From: Chloroflexota bacterium
GTDB taxonomy: Bacteria > Chloroflexota > Limnocylindria > Limnocylindrales > CSP1-4
Length of the DNA: 53,568 nt
NCBI GenBank assembly: GCA_030447745.1
Contig: JAUJOH010000003.1
Coordinates: 118,143 to 171,710, forward strand
Reading direction: 5' to 3'
Position 1 is the first letter of the stretch, and the number at the start of each line of letters is the position of its first letter. The notes under the pieces are model-generated. The model saw only the letters and a program-made list of their open reading frames with translations, did no database searches and had not been told where the DNA came from. The position numbers were made by a program, and so were the translations under genes. Shown here one piece after another: positions 38,465 to 48,300 of the stretch.

Positions 38465-39208
38465 TCATGGCACGGAGATCGATGCCGTGACCCGGTCACC
38501 CTGGAGTTCGTCATAGACAGCGACCCCAACCGCGACGAATGTTGCGGCGGGCAGGATCGCGAGGAAGGTGGCGGTGGCAGGCGGGACGATGGAGTAGACG
38601 GCGAATCCGGCCACGAATCCGATCAGTCCCAACAGGGCCGTGGCGAGCGTCCGGCGGCGGGTGATACGCCACGATCGGCGGATTGATTCCGCGGGGCCGA
38701 CGTGCTGGTCGATCACGATCGCCTGGGACGGCATGAGTCGGCCGAAGAATGGCAGGACGACGAGTCCGAGCGCCGCGAGGAAGAGTGGGCTCATTCGCTG
38801 GACCGCTGGTGACGGGTTGAACGGGTCGGCGGCCGCCAGATCCTCGAGCGACACGCCGAGGCCGGGCGCCGCGAGGACAACCAGGACGAAGGCGACCACG
38901 GCCGCGACGAGGGACACGGGGATGAGCATCAGGAGGACGAGGAGTACCTGCCCGAGCAGCGAGGGCAATCGCGGGCCAAGCCGCGCGATGGACGCCCGAG
39001 CGCCGTCCGGCGCCGACCTCCCGAGCAGGCCGGAGGTGAGGAGGGCGCCGGCTGCGAAGTCCGGCAGCAAGCTCAGCAGGCCGAGCGAAGGATCCAACGC
39101 GAGAAAGGCACCGACGAGATAAAGGGCGACGACGACAAGGAGCAGATCGAGGGGCGCGTCGCGCAGGAGGCGGAACGCTCGAGGAAGAACACGGCCGACG
39201 AACTTCAT
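38465..39208 (-). CDS. Integral membrane protein of unknown function
   Basis: Several TM segments and a GPAESIRRSWRIT motif typical of DUF-type membrane domains. Confidence 0.7.
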   Translation of the reverse strand: MKFVGRVLPRAFRLLRDAPLDLLLVVVALYLVGAFLALDPSLGLLSLLPDFAAGALLTSGLLGRSAPDGARASIARLGPRLPSLLGQVLLVLLMLIPVSLVAAVVAFVLVVLAAPGLGVSLEDLAAADPFNPSPAVQRMSPLFLAALGLVVLPFFGRLMPSQAIVIDQHVGPAESIRRSWRITRRRTLATALLGLIGFVAGFAVYSIVPPATATFLAILPAATFVAVGVAVYDELQGDRVTASISVP

Positions 39209-39390
39209 GTTGCTCCGGGAAACGGTGCGAACGCTTCTGCAAGCGTACGAAGACTAGGACCCCGCTGCGGTCTTTCCTGCCGGGCCCGTCGCCCACGCAA
39301 AGATCGTGCTGGACCACGGGCGGGGCGAATGAGCCGCACAGGAGCTCGAGTTCGACCGTGCGTTTTCCTGCCCCGGCGCGTGTATAGGTT

Positions 39391-39873
39391 GTGAGCTCGG
39401 AGATCGTCGTGGCCTCGTCGATCGAGATTGCGTACGAACGCGCCTACGAGGACCACTGGCACGACGTGTTCCGGTTCGCGCTTGCCTGGACGAACGACTG
39501 GAGTGCGGCCGAAGATCTTGCGCAGGAGTCGTACCTCCGACTCTGGAACAGGCGGACGAGCGTCGACTGGCAGCGCCCGTTGCTCGCCTGGCTGCTGGTC
39601 ACGACCCGGCGCCTCGCGACGGACCGCTTCCGGGCGATCCGGCGGCGAGTGCTCAGGGCCCCGAAGTCGGCGATCCCTGACGAAGCGGTCTGGGACCGGT
39701 GGCTCGACGTGCAGGCCGCCATGGCCAGCCTGTCGGCGCTCGAGCGCACGGCCCTCGTCCTGACGGCGGTCGAGGCCGTCTCCTACGCCGATGCGGCGGC
39801 GCTGCTCGGGACGTCGGCGGGAGCGCTGCGCGCGGCGGTCAGTCGGGCCCGCGACAAGTTGGAGGTTGCGTGA
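39391..39873 (+). CDS. ECF RNA polymerase sigma factor
   Basis: AEDLAQE..LRLW, AWL...RR...DRFR, LS..ER.AL.L, SY.DAA.LLG...A..SRAR..L. Confidence 0.92.
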   Translation: MSSEIVVASSIEIAYERAYEDHWHDVFRFALAWTNDWSAAEDLAQESYLRLWNRRTSVDWQRPLLAWLLVTTRRLATDRFRAIRRRVLRAPKSAIPDEAVWDRWLDVQAAMASLSALERTALVLTAVEAVSYADAAALLGTSAGALRAAVSRARDKLEVA

Positions 39874-41396
39874 TGGAGCGCCCGCGTCCCGACCGGATCC
39901 TGGCCGACTGGGACAAGGTCTCTCGCCAAGCCAGCCGTCCCGGGCTCCCACGGCGGACGACCCTCACGACCGGCATGCCTGGACCGACGGGCGCCGGAGT
40001 CGCGGTGCTCGCGGTCCTCGTCGTCGCAATTGCGGCCGCCGGCGTCTGGCTACGAATGCCGCGGGGAGACGGCGCGCCCGCCGTTGGCCCATCGGCGTCA
40101 CCGACCGCAGCGTTGGTCGCGGACGACTCCATCCCTCGCTGCGAGGACGTCCCACAGATCAGCGCGCCCGCCGAGTGGTACCGCGATTCCCCCATCTACG
40201 TCGCCAACGAGCAGCCGAAAGAGGAGATCCGGGCGTGGGCCGCCGGCAAGCCGGGCTTCGAGGAGATCTGGCTCGATCGGGATCATCTCGGCTGGATCAC
40301 GGTCGCCTTCAGCGAGGAGGCCGAGGCTCGCCAGAGGGAACTGGAGGAGCGGTTTCCGGACGTGGGGGTCGTCGCGGTCGGGGTCGACTGGACGATGGCC
40401 GAGCTGGAGGCACTCCAGCGCCGGGTGGTCCAGGAGCTCCGTCCACTGTTCCCGGTCACCTCGTGGACCTCGGTCACCCAGGGAGTGGTCGGCATCGACG
40501 TTGGCGTGCTCAACCAGGAGCGCATCGCGGCCGTCGAGGAGCGCTTCGCGGGCCAGCGGGTCTGCATCGCGGGTGCCGATCCGGCGGACGTGCCGGCAGA
40601 AGGACCGCAACCTCAGCAGGGCGAAGGGTGGCGCCTGCTGGCGGATGAACAGGGCGCCGGTCAGCCGTACCGCACCGGGATCGCCACCGACCAGGCTTCC
40701 TACGAGACGCTCTGGACCGACATCGGCCTGTCCGGCGCGCCGCCGCCGGTCGATTTCGAGTCCGAGGTGGTCATCTGGTTCGGCGCAGTCTACGGGTCGA
40801 GCTGCCCCAACCTGCGGCTGGACGACGTGGTCGTTGACCAAGAGCGGGCGCTGGTCCACGCCGAGATCGTCCTCGTCGGCGTCCCCGCGGCATGCTCGGC
40901 TGACGCCAATCCGCACGCTTATCTGGTGGCCCTCGAGCGGACGAGGCTGCCATCCGGGCCGTTCGCGATCCAGCTCGGGGCGGACGACCCGCCCGCCGGC
41001 GTGCCTGAGGAGCGGACGCTGGTCGATGTTGATCTTTCGCGGCCCGGAGCCGTGGCGGGTCCGGGTGACGTACACGGCGACCCGTCGCTGCCGGAGCCGT
41101 TCATGAACGAGTCGGGGGCGGTGGTCGAGCCGGGCTTCCCGGCGCCGTATCGGCTCGCTGTCCATTGCGGGATCGAGTGGCTCGGCTATGTCAACAACAT
41201 CGCCTGGCGGGCAGAGGCGTCGGGCGGGGACCCCAACTTCATTCCGTCGGAGTGGCGAGCCGTGGTGGATGATGCTCAGACCGTCGAGCTATCGATCACG
41301 CTACGAACGGAACCGGAGCCCGTGATCACGGCCACCGCGAACGGCCACACGGTCACGTACCGCCCGACCGCGGACGAGCCGCCCGGCTGCCGCTGA
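39873..41396 (+). CDS. Single-pass membrane protein with large extracellular domain (putative anti-sigma factor)
   Basis: TGATG coupling to the sigma gene, short N-terminus, one TM (VAVLAVLVVAIAAAGVWL), and GSSCP...ACSAD and HCGI Cys motifs. Confidence 0.75.
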   Translation: MERPRPDRILADWDKVSRQASRPGLPRRTTLTTGMPGPTGAGVAVLAVLVVAIAAAGVWLRMPRGDGAPAVGPSASPTAALVADDSIPRCEDVPQISAPAEWYRDSPIYVANEQPKEEIRAWAAGKPGFEEIWLDRDHLGWITVAFSEEAEARQRELEERFPDVGVVAVGVDWTMAELEALQRRVVQELRPLFPVTSWTSVTQGVVGIDVGVLNQERIAAVEERFAGQRVCIAGADPADVPAEGPQPQQGEGWRLLADEQGAGQPYRTGIATDQASYETLWTDIGLSGAPPPVDFESEVVIWFGAVYGSSCPNLRLDDVVVDQERALVHAEIVLVGVPAACSADANPHAYLVALERTRLPSGPFAIQLGADDPPAGVPEERTLVDVDLSRPGAVAGPGDVHGDPSLPEPFMNESGAVVEPGFPAPYRLAVHCGIEWLGYVNNIAWRAEASGGDPNFIPSEWRAVVDDAQTVELSITLRTEPEPVITATANGHTVTYRPTADEPPGCR

Positions 41397-41568
41397 GTCA
41401 GCGTGTCAGAGAGAGACCTACCAGCTTTGGACCCAGATCCACCACGGACCATCGAATGGCTCGTACCGATTCGCGCGAAGACAAGTGAGGATTTCGCGCG
41501 GGGAAGGGCTCCGGCTGCTCAGGGAGCGGCAGTCTTGACTCGACGAGCCGTCTGGCGATGATCGGCGG

Positions 41569-42372
41569 ATGGATGAAGGATGGCGAGAACACCGCGACGC
41601 AAACCTGGCCAGATGGGATGAGCTTGTCGACGTCCACGAGCGCGCATACGGGATTGAGGCGTTCAGGGCTGGCAGGTCGACGCTGACTGCCATCGAGACT
41701 CGCGAAGTCGGCGATGTGCGCGGGAAGCGGCTGCTCCATCTTCAGTGTCACTTCGGCCTCGACACCCTCTCTTGGGCTCGTCTGGGAGCAGACGTCGTCG
41801 GTGTGGATTTCTCACCCAGGGCGATCGCACTGGCTCGACGGTTGTCTGCCGAACTTTCGATCCCCGCCGAGTTCGTGTGCTCCGACGTCTACCGGGCAGA
41901 CGAGAATGTCGAGGGCACGTTCGACGTCGTCTTCACTTCCTACGGCGTCCTCTGCTGGCTGCCGGACCTGACCGCGTGGGGCAAGACGATCGCCAATCTC
42001 GTCGCGCCGGGTGGCATGTTCTATATCGTCGAGCACCACCCGGTCGGCGGCATGTTTCTGGGAAGCTCGGACGAGCTGATCGCCAGCCATCCCTACTTCA
42101 ACACCGGGCCGGTTGAGGAGACGGGCAACGGCTCGTACGCGGACCCTGGCGCCATCCTCGAGAACAAGACGTCCTACGAATGGCAGCACTCCCTGTCGGA
42201 CATCATGAACGCGCTGGCCGGGGCCGGACTGCGGATCGAGTTCCTGCACGAGTTCCCGGTCTGTCGCTTCCAGTGGCTACCCGTCATGGAGCAGGGTGCG
42301 GACGGCTGGTATCGAGTTCCTGGCCGTGACGACGTTCCATTCCTGTTCTCGCTGGCGGCCGCGAAGAGATAG
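41569..42372 (+). CDS. Class I SAM-dependent methyltransferase
   Basis: LLHLQCHFGLDTLS, GVDFS, FDVVFTSYGVLCWLPDL. Confidence 0.93.
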   Translation: MDEGWREHRDANLARWDELVDVHERAYGIEAFRAGRSTLTAIETREVGDVRGKRLLHLQCHFGLDTLSWARLGADVVGVDFSPRAIALARRLSAELSIPAEFVCSDVYRADENVEGTFDVVFTSYGVLCWLPDLTAWGKTIANLVAPGGMFYIVEHHPVGGMFLGSSDELIASHPYFNTGPVEETGNGSYADPGAILENKTSYEWQHSLSDIMNALAGAGLRIEFLHEFPVCRFQWLPVMEQGADGWYRVPGRDDVPFLFSLAAAKR

Positions 42373-43028
42373 CCGTCTCTTCAGTCTTCGGTGCAACGCC
42401 GGAGTTGATGGAACATGCAGGCCACCCGCCCGGTTGCGCTGGCCGCTTCCGCCGTCGTCCGAGGCAGTCTTCCTGGAGCAGCTGGCCGCGGGCTCCGACG
42501 CGCCCTGAGACGGGGGCGCACCTACCGGGACGACGCCCGAACTTCGATAAACGACGCCCGCCAGAGGCTGATGGCTCCCACAACCACGAGGAGCACCGCG
42601 AGTGCCCAAGGTAGGCACGGGGCGGGAAATCGTTCCATGCGATGCACCTCCAGCCGCGCGACGTTCCAACGGGAGCTTCGATCAGCGCAGTGTGCGTCTG
42701 CGACGACAGCCAAGCTTCCCGATCAGGCTGCCTTCCCCGGCTCAGGCGCGGGTGAGCCCACGCGGACAGAACCGTCATCGGGGACGCAGCGGGAATGACG
42801 ATCCGTCCCAGCCGCAAGCCGCGCACGCCACGGGGACGCGTGTCATTAGGCCGTTCTCATCTCCGGCTCGGCTGGGCTCAGATCCGGAGGGCACACTCGT
42901 GCCGACCAGGACGGTCCTGGATCGTTGACGAGAAGGGGTCCTCGATGACTGCCCGGGCCGGTCATTGAAGCGGTAAGCCGATCATGCCGAACGCGTCCGG
43001 TACCGCCGGGCGCGTTCGGCTATTCCGA

Positions 43029-43748
43029 CTAACCGGCTCGGAGGCAGACCAGGCAAGCCCGTGCGGCCCGCTCCGGCAGCGCGATGCGCGCCGAGCGGTT
43101 GGTCCACAGCGACGCGCGCGCGTCGCCAGCCGCCCCCTCGCACCACACCAGCACGGCGCCGAGCCGGAGATACCGCTCGTAGAACCCACGCGTCCCTTGG
43201 AACCCCCGGCTGGCGAAGAATGTCTCGTCCTTTCCGTCCGCCCGGGCGCGCAGCGTGCGGGTCGCCGCGGCGAAGTCGAGCGCCTCGGCGCTCTGTCCGT
43301 CGATCGCGACGAGCACCGCGTTCGGCACGCTCGGCGGCAGCTGACGCAGCTTCGCCAGCAGCGGCCCGCCGTAGCTCGCCGCATCGGGCGCTCGGCGCAC
43401 CCTCGTCACCTCCAGGTTGAAGGTCCGCTCGCCCCGGAACGTGACGGTGAAGTCCGGCCCGCCCTTCGCCGACCCGTACGCCTCGAACGCCAGCTCGATC
43501 CGCGGATCGGCCAGCAGCAGGTGCGCCGCGTGCGGCTCGGCCCGCACGTCGCGTCGCGCCTCGGGGTCCGCAGCGGTGCGCAGCTTCTTCCGGATCTTGT
43601 CGCGGTGTGCCTCGGCGAACGCGCGGAACCGTGCCGAGCTGGCCAGCCACCCGGTCAGCTCCTCCGCCATCGGGCCCGCAGGAGCACGGCCGAAGAGATG
43701 GTCCGCCAGCCGGTCGACCGCGGTGCCAGGAGCTGTCGCCCGCGCCAT
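43029..43748 (-). CDS. Hypothetical protein with PD-(D/E)xK-like motif
   Basis: Clean 239-aa ORF; GGPDFTV...NLEVT. Confidence 0.7.
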   Translation of the reverse strand: MARATAPGTAVDRLADHLFGRAPAGPMAEELTGWLASSARFRAFAEAHRDKIRKKLRTAADPEARRDVRAEPHAAHLLLADPRIELAFEAYGSAKGGPDFTVTFRGERTFNLEVTRVRRAPDAASYGGPLLAKLRQLPPSVPNAVLVAIDGQSAEALDFAAATRTLRARADGKDETFFASRGFQGTRGFYERYLRLGAVLVWCEGAAGDARASLWTNRSARIALPERAARACLVCLRAG

Positions 43749-43808
43749 GCCGCCAAGCGTAGGCGACCGCGTGCCTCGCCGACGGCACGCAGACCGATAT
43801 CGAGCGGC

Positions 43809-44215
43809 CTACGCCCGCAGCGCTCGACTGAGCGCCACGTGGAGCCTCCGCAGCCCTTCGTCGATGTTCGCGGTCGGAATGGCATAGCCGAGCAGGAGCC
43901 CGGGCCGCGTCGCGTCACCCACGGCGAACGCCGACAGCGTCTGAACCGCCACGCCACGCCGCGCGGCCACGGCGACCACGGTCGCCACGTCCTTGTCCGA
44001 GTGCCGGCGCGCCAGCGCGCTGACGTGAATGCCGGCGGCCGATGGGATGACCGTGAGCTCGTCGGCAAAGTCGCCGCGCAGGGTACCGACGATTTGCTCG
44101 TGCCGAGCCCGGTAGACCGTTCGCATCCTCGGAACATGACGGGCGAACCAACCGCCCTCCATGCACCGATACAGCGCGCGCTGGGTGGGCAGCGAGGTGT
44201 GCCAAGCGTCTGGGA
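43809..44215 (-). pseudogene. C-terminal remnant of a MocR/GabR-family PLP-dependent regulator
   Basis: WHTSLPTQRAL..C...G.FARH..RMR.VY..R, AGIHV, GLLLGY, IDEGLRRL; the N-terminal part is absent. Confidence 0.75.
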
Positions 44216-44277
44216 TGCCCCGCTGGGCTACGGGCTCGAGGTCAGCCCTGGAAGGTGAGTCGGCCGCGACTGGGCGA

Positions 44278-45468
44278 TCACCGGGCGATTTGGAAGAGGG
44301 TCGTCGCCAGGCGCCGGCAGATCCAGCGCAGGCGATTCGTCGACCCGTCGGCGGCAGGAGTGCCGAAGAACGCGATGACGAGATCCCGAGCGGGTGAAAC
44401 GTACAGGCCCTGGCCACCGAAGCCGCCCTTGAACATGTCGCCGTCGTCCCACACGAAGTTCCACTGACGGCTCGCGCAGCGCGGCAGCTCGTAGCCGGGA
44501 GCGATGCGGGCGAGGGCTTCGAAGTCGGCGGGTTGGAGCAGGTGTGGACGGCATCGGGCACGGATCGCTGCGACATCATCGTCATCGACGATCTCCGTCG
44601 TCACGATCCGACGCCGGCTCGGCGTGAAGAGCATCCCGAAGCGTGCCAGATCGCGCAGCGTGGTCGAGATGCCACCATGGCTGACCGGCGCGCCTGACGA
44701 CGACGTGCAGAGTTGCGCTGGAGCCTCGAAGCCGCCGCGAGACCAGATCTCGCGGCCGAGCACGTCGTCGAAGCGATGCCCGGTCACTCGCTCGATCAGC
44801 CAGGTCAGCGCGAAGGTGTTGACCGACGTGTACTCGTAGACCTCGCCGGAGCGCCGATGCGAAGGCAGCCGGGCGACGAATTCGTAGGTGGACGCGGACT
44901 GCGGGTGCGGTCCCGGCCGCCAGCCGAGGCTCGCCTCGAACTGGTAGAAGCAGGCCCGCGGATCGTCGTAGGCGCCCGGGTCGTCGACCTCGAGACAGCC
45001 GATCCCCGAGGCCATGTCCAGGACGTCGATGACCGGGACTCCCGACCACCCCGACCCGGCGAGCTCGGGGACCAGGGAATCGATCGGCTGGGAGACATCC
45101 AGCAGGCCGCGCCGTTCGAGGATGCCGACCAGGACCGAGACGAAGACCTTCGACACCGACATCAGGAGATGCCGGTCGCCGGCGCCCATGCGGGGATAGC
45201 GCTCGTAGACGATTCGACCGCGGTGCACGACCGCCATGCCGTCGACCGGTGCCTCGACCAGATAGTCGTCCAGGCTGATGACCGGCATCGAAGGGCGGTC
45301 AACTCTGAGGCGACCCACCGACTCCAGCTCATCGGGCTGCAGCTCGGCGGCCGCTCCCGCGGGCGCGACCTCGACGTGGGGGAAGAGCTGGCCGGCGTTT
45401 CGATACGCCCACGTCGACGGCTCGCCGCCGGCGTCCCAGTTGGCGAGCGTCAGGTCTGCCGGTCTCAT
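44278..45468 (-). CDS. Serine hydrolase, beta-lactamase class C / 6-aminohexanoate-dimer hydrolase-like
   Basis: MSVSK (SxxK), LDMASG, YEYTS.NT, RDLARFG, GFGGQ.LYV.P. Confidence 0.92.
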   Translation of the reverse strand: MRPADLTLANWDAGGEPSTWAYRNAGQLFPHVEVAPAGAAAELQPDELESVGRLRVDRPSMPVISLDDYLVEAPVDGMAVVHRGRIVYERYPRMGAGDRHLLMSVSKVFVSVLVGILERRGLLDVSQPIDSLVPELAGSGWSGVPVIDVLDMASGIGCLEVDDPGAYDDPRACFYQFEASLGWRPGPHPQSASTYEFVARLPSHRRSGEVYEYTSVNTFALTWLIERVTGHRFDDVLGREIWSRGGFEAPAQLCTSSSGAPVSHGGISTTLRDLARFGMLFTPSRRRIVTTEIVDDDDVAAIRARCRPHLLQPADFEALARIAPGYELPRCASRQWNFVWDDGDMFKGGFGGQGLYVSPARDLVIAFFGTPAADGSTNRLRWICRRLATTLFQIAR

Positions 45469-45578
45469 GCGCTGGGTGCCCCTTCGTCAACTTCCGTGGC
45501 CACGCATCCCATCACAGATGGCGGAGAACGACGCGAGGGTACGAGCGAGAACCGCCAGGTCGCGGTTCCCCGAAACGA

Positions 45579-46787
45579 TCAGGCGGCCGTCATTGCCTCC
45601 CGGCCGTCAGCCTCCTCCCCGCCGACCCGGTAGTCGTACATCCACGCCAGCGACTTCTCCGTGACCAGGTAGCGGAAGACCAGGCGGAGCATCACGTCGC
45701 GCGCGATACGCCCGAACGGGCCGGGCACCTTGTGGCTGCTGCCACGCGCGCCCCAGGCGACGATCTTCTCAACGCGCGCTCGGCGCAGACGCTCATACGT
45801 CGCGAACGCGTCCGGAATGGAGGGTTCGTCGCCCAGGGCCCAGGCCAGGACGACGGCGTCCTCGATGGCCATCGACGCGCCCTGCCCGGAGCTGGGCGCG
45901 GGCGCGTGCGCCGCATCGCCGATGATGATCATCGAGCCTCGCCGCCACGTTGGGACGTGCCCGAGGTCGTGAGTGTTGTCGGCAGCCAGCTCCAGCTCGC
46001 CGGCATCGATCAGCTCGACCGCCGGACCGTCGTCCTGGACAAAGAGCTCCCTGAGCTGCCGCTTCCAGGCGGCCGCGGTCGTCGCACTGCGCTCCTCCGG
46101 CGTGATCTTCGATCGCGGCAGGTTGACGAACCAGACGACGTCGCCGGCCGGCGTCGCCTGGTAGCCGAAGAAGGCGCGCCGACCGAAGATGAGGTGCCAG
46201 GCCTCAGGCTCGATGCCCCGGCCGGCGTCCTCCGTGAAGCCGCCGAAGTTCGTCAGCCCGACGTAGCGAGCCGACGGCGCCGCGGGATCGATGATCCGGC
46301 GCACGGTGGAGTGGACGCCATCGGCGCCGACGAGGAGGTCGCCGTGCGCCTCGCCGCCGTCCTCGAAGGTGGCGGTCACGCGTCCGTGGCCGGCGTCCGT
46401 GGCGTCGATCAGCCGGCGGCCGAACTCGATCCGGATCCCGCGCCGGACCGCCTCGTCCTGAAGGAGCTGCGCGAGCCGCGAGCGCTTGATGGTGTGCGCG
46501 CTGGGGCTGCCCGGGAGCGTCGAGTCCAGTGGCAGTGTCGCGAGCCTGCGGCCGGCCTCGTTCCAGAGCGCGTTGCGCTTCGTCGGAAAGCCGGCGCCGG
46601 TGGCGGCATCGAGTACGCCGACCGCGTCGAGCGCGGCCAGTCCGTTCGCGGTTACGGTGAAGTAGGAGCCCACTTGACCGTCCGCGCGAGCGTGCGACTC
46701 GAAGATGGTCGACTCGATTCCGGCCTGCTGCAATGCCATGGCGGCAACCGGACCGGCGATGCCTCCGCCAGCGATCAGGGCCTGCAT
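45579..46787 (-). CDS. FAD-dependent monooxygenase
   Basis: GGGIAG, VGADGVHS, IGDAAHA..P..GQGA..AIED. Confidence 0.95.
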   Translation of the reverse strand: MQALIAGGGIAGPVAAMALQQAGIESTIFESHARADGQVGSYFTVTANGLAALDAVGVLDAATGAGFPTKRNALWNEAGRRLATLPLDSTLPGSPSAHTIKRSRLAQLLQDEAVRRGIRIEFGRRLIDATDAGHGRVTATFEDGGEAHGDLLVGADGVHSTVRRIIDPAAPSARYVGLTNFGGFTEDAGRGIEPEAWHLIFGRRAFFGYQATPAGDVVWFVNLPRSKITPEERSATTAAAWKRQLRELFVQDDGPAVELIDAGELELAADNTHDLGHVPTWRRGSMIIIGDAAHAPAPSSGQGASMAIEDAVVLAWALGDEPSIPDAFATYERLRRARVEKIVAWGARGSSHKVPGPFGRIARDVMLRLVFRYLVTEKSLAWMYDYRVGGEEADGREAMTAA

Positions 46788-46857
46788 GGTGGTATCCTTT
46801 CGTATCGTATCCTGGAATCTCGGTTGCTGTACCTCTCGAACATGGAAGGATACCGGC

Positions 46858-47325
46858 GTGGGGACCAATCGTCAAGCGCTCGTTGCCGCCGTGGGCAGCG
46901 CCACGCAGGCGTACCAACGCGCGGTCGACGGCTTTGACGATGCGGTCGGCCGCAGGCTGGGACTCAATCCGACCGACCTGCGCTGCCTCGACTGGCTGAC
47001 CGAAGGCGCCGTGTCGGCCGGTGAGCTGGGGGCCTCGACCGGACTGTCGAGCGCGGCTACCACGACGATGCTCGATCGCCTGGAGCGCAAGGGATACCTC
47101 CGTCGCTGGCGAGACACCGTGGACCGCCGCAAGGTGCTGGTCGAGCTGACGCCCCATGCGCGCGAGGTGATCGATGACCTCTACGGCCCGCTCGGGCGCG
47201 AGGGCGACAGACTTCTCGCGCGCTTCACCACCGACGAGCTGGCCAAGGTGCGCGACTTCCTGCTCGAGGCCACCGAGGTCGTCGATCGGCACCGCGCCAG
47301 GGTTCGCGGCTCCGCGGGCCGCTGA
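46858..47325 (+). CDS. MarR family transcriptional regulator
   Basis: LNPTDLRCL, AGEL...GLSSAATT..LDRLE.KGY.R...DRRKV; divergent from the monooxygenase. Confidence 0.93.
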   Translation: MGTNRQALVAAVGSATQAYQRAVDGFDDAVGRRLGLNPTDLRCLDWLTEGAVSAGELGASTGLSSAATTTMLDRLERKGYLRRWRDTVDRRKVLVELTPHAREVIDDLYGPLGREGDRLLARFTTDELAKVRDFLLEATEVVDRHRARVRGSAGR

Positions 47326-47650
47326 TGTTTCCCGAGATCGAGCCGTTCGCGAGCGGCTACCTCGAAGTGGGCGACGCCAACCAGGTCTACTGGGAGACAT
47401 CCGGCAACCCGGACGGCAAGCCCGCGGGCCGGGGTCAGGAGTGATGGGCGGCGGCTACCGGCGCCGGTTCGACCCCGACAGGTACCTGATCGTCGGCTTC
47501 GACCAGCGTGGCTGCGGGCGGAGCCGTCCACTGGTGACCGATCCGGCCGCCGACCTGTCGGCGAACACGACCCCGGCGCTCATATCCGACATCGAGGCGC
47601 TCAGGAGGCATCTCGGCGTCGATCGATGGCTCGTGAGCGGCCTCTCGTGG
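47325..47650 (+). pseudogene. pip: Proline iminopeptidase N-terminal fragment
   Basis: MFPEIEPFASGYLEVGD...YWETSGNPDGKP, FDPDRY.IV.FDQRGCGRS.P, NTT..LI.DIE.LR.HLG.DRW.V.G.SW, then truncated. Confidence 0.8.
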
Positions 47651-47860
47651 GAGGACATCAGCACGGTCGTGGACGATCCCGGTGGCGTCGTGGCGTTCAC
47701 CACGCGTGGTGGACCGCGACCGGACCGATCGAGGACCCCTACGCTCCCGATCCCGCCAAATTGCACGCAAGCCGCGCCCGCCTTCTCGAGCTCGCGGATG
47801 TCATCGTTCCGGGCCACGGACCCCCGTTCAGGCCGGCCGAGGGCACTCCACGTCAGCTCA
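47651..47860 (+). pseudogene. C-terminal fragment of an MBL-fold hydrolase
   Basis: EDISTVV...VVAFT/HAWW...EDP.A.D...L.ASR.R.L..ADVIVPGHGPPF. Confidence 0.6.
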
Positions 47861-47888
47861 TCCGACACCCACTGGAGATGCCTCCACC

Positions 47889-48245
47889 ATGACCGATCTG
47901 ATCGCCCGGATGTGGCACGGGCGGGTGCCACGGGCAAAGGCGGATGCGTACTTCGAGTTGATGGAGCGGGTCGCCCTGCCGGACTACGGCGCCGTGCCCG
48001 GCAACCGAGCTGTGTTCACTCTCCGTCGCGACGAAGGCGACGTCACCCACGTGGTGATGCTGACGCTGTGGGACTCGCTGACCGCCATCCAGTCCTTCGC
48101 CGGCGACTCGCCCGACACGGCGAAGTACTACGACTTCGATGCCGACTACCTTCTCGAGTACGAACCGACGGTGACCCACTACCGCGTCGTGCATGCCGCG
48201 GAGCCCGGGCGCTCGAGTGAAGTCGACGGACCACCGAGCGCGTAG
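47889..48245 (+). CDS. Antibiotic biosynthesis monooxygenase (ABM)-like protein
   Basis: IARMWHG......DAY......DY...PGN...TLWDSL.AI..FAG.....AKYY..D..YL. Confidence 0.85.
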   Translation: MTDLIARMWHGRVPRAKADAYFELMERVALPDYGAVPGNRAVFTLRRDEGDVTHVVMLTLWDSLTAIQSFAGDSPDTAKYYDFDADYLLEYEPTVTHYRVVHAAEPGRSSEVDGPPSA

Positions 48246-48300
48246 CTCGGCGGACCGGGTTCGTCCGGGGTCGGCGAGCGGTCCGCGGCGCGAGTTCGCG

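Noticed and set aside
39217-39230. GGGAAACGGTGCGA as an eighth operator
   Set aside because: Poor right half-site and outside the catabolic island.
42400-43000. Several 60-180 aa ORFs
   Set aside because: No recognisable motifs or codon bias; no frame can be supported.
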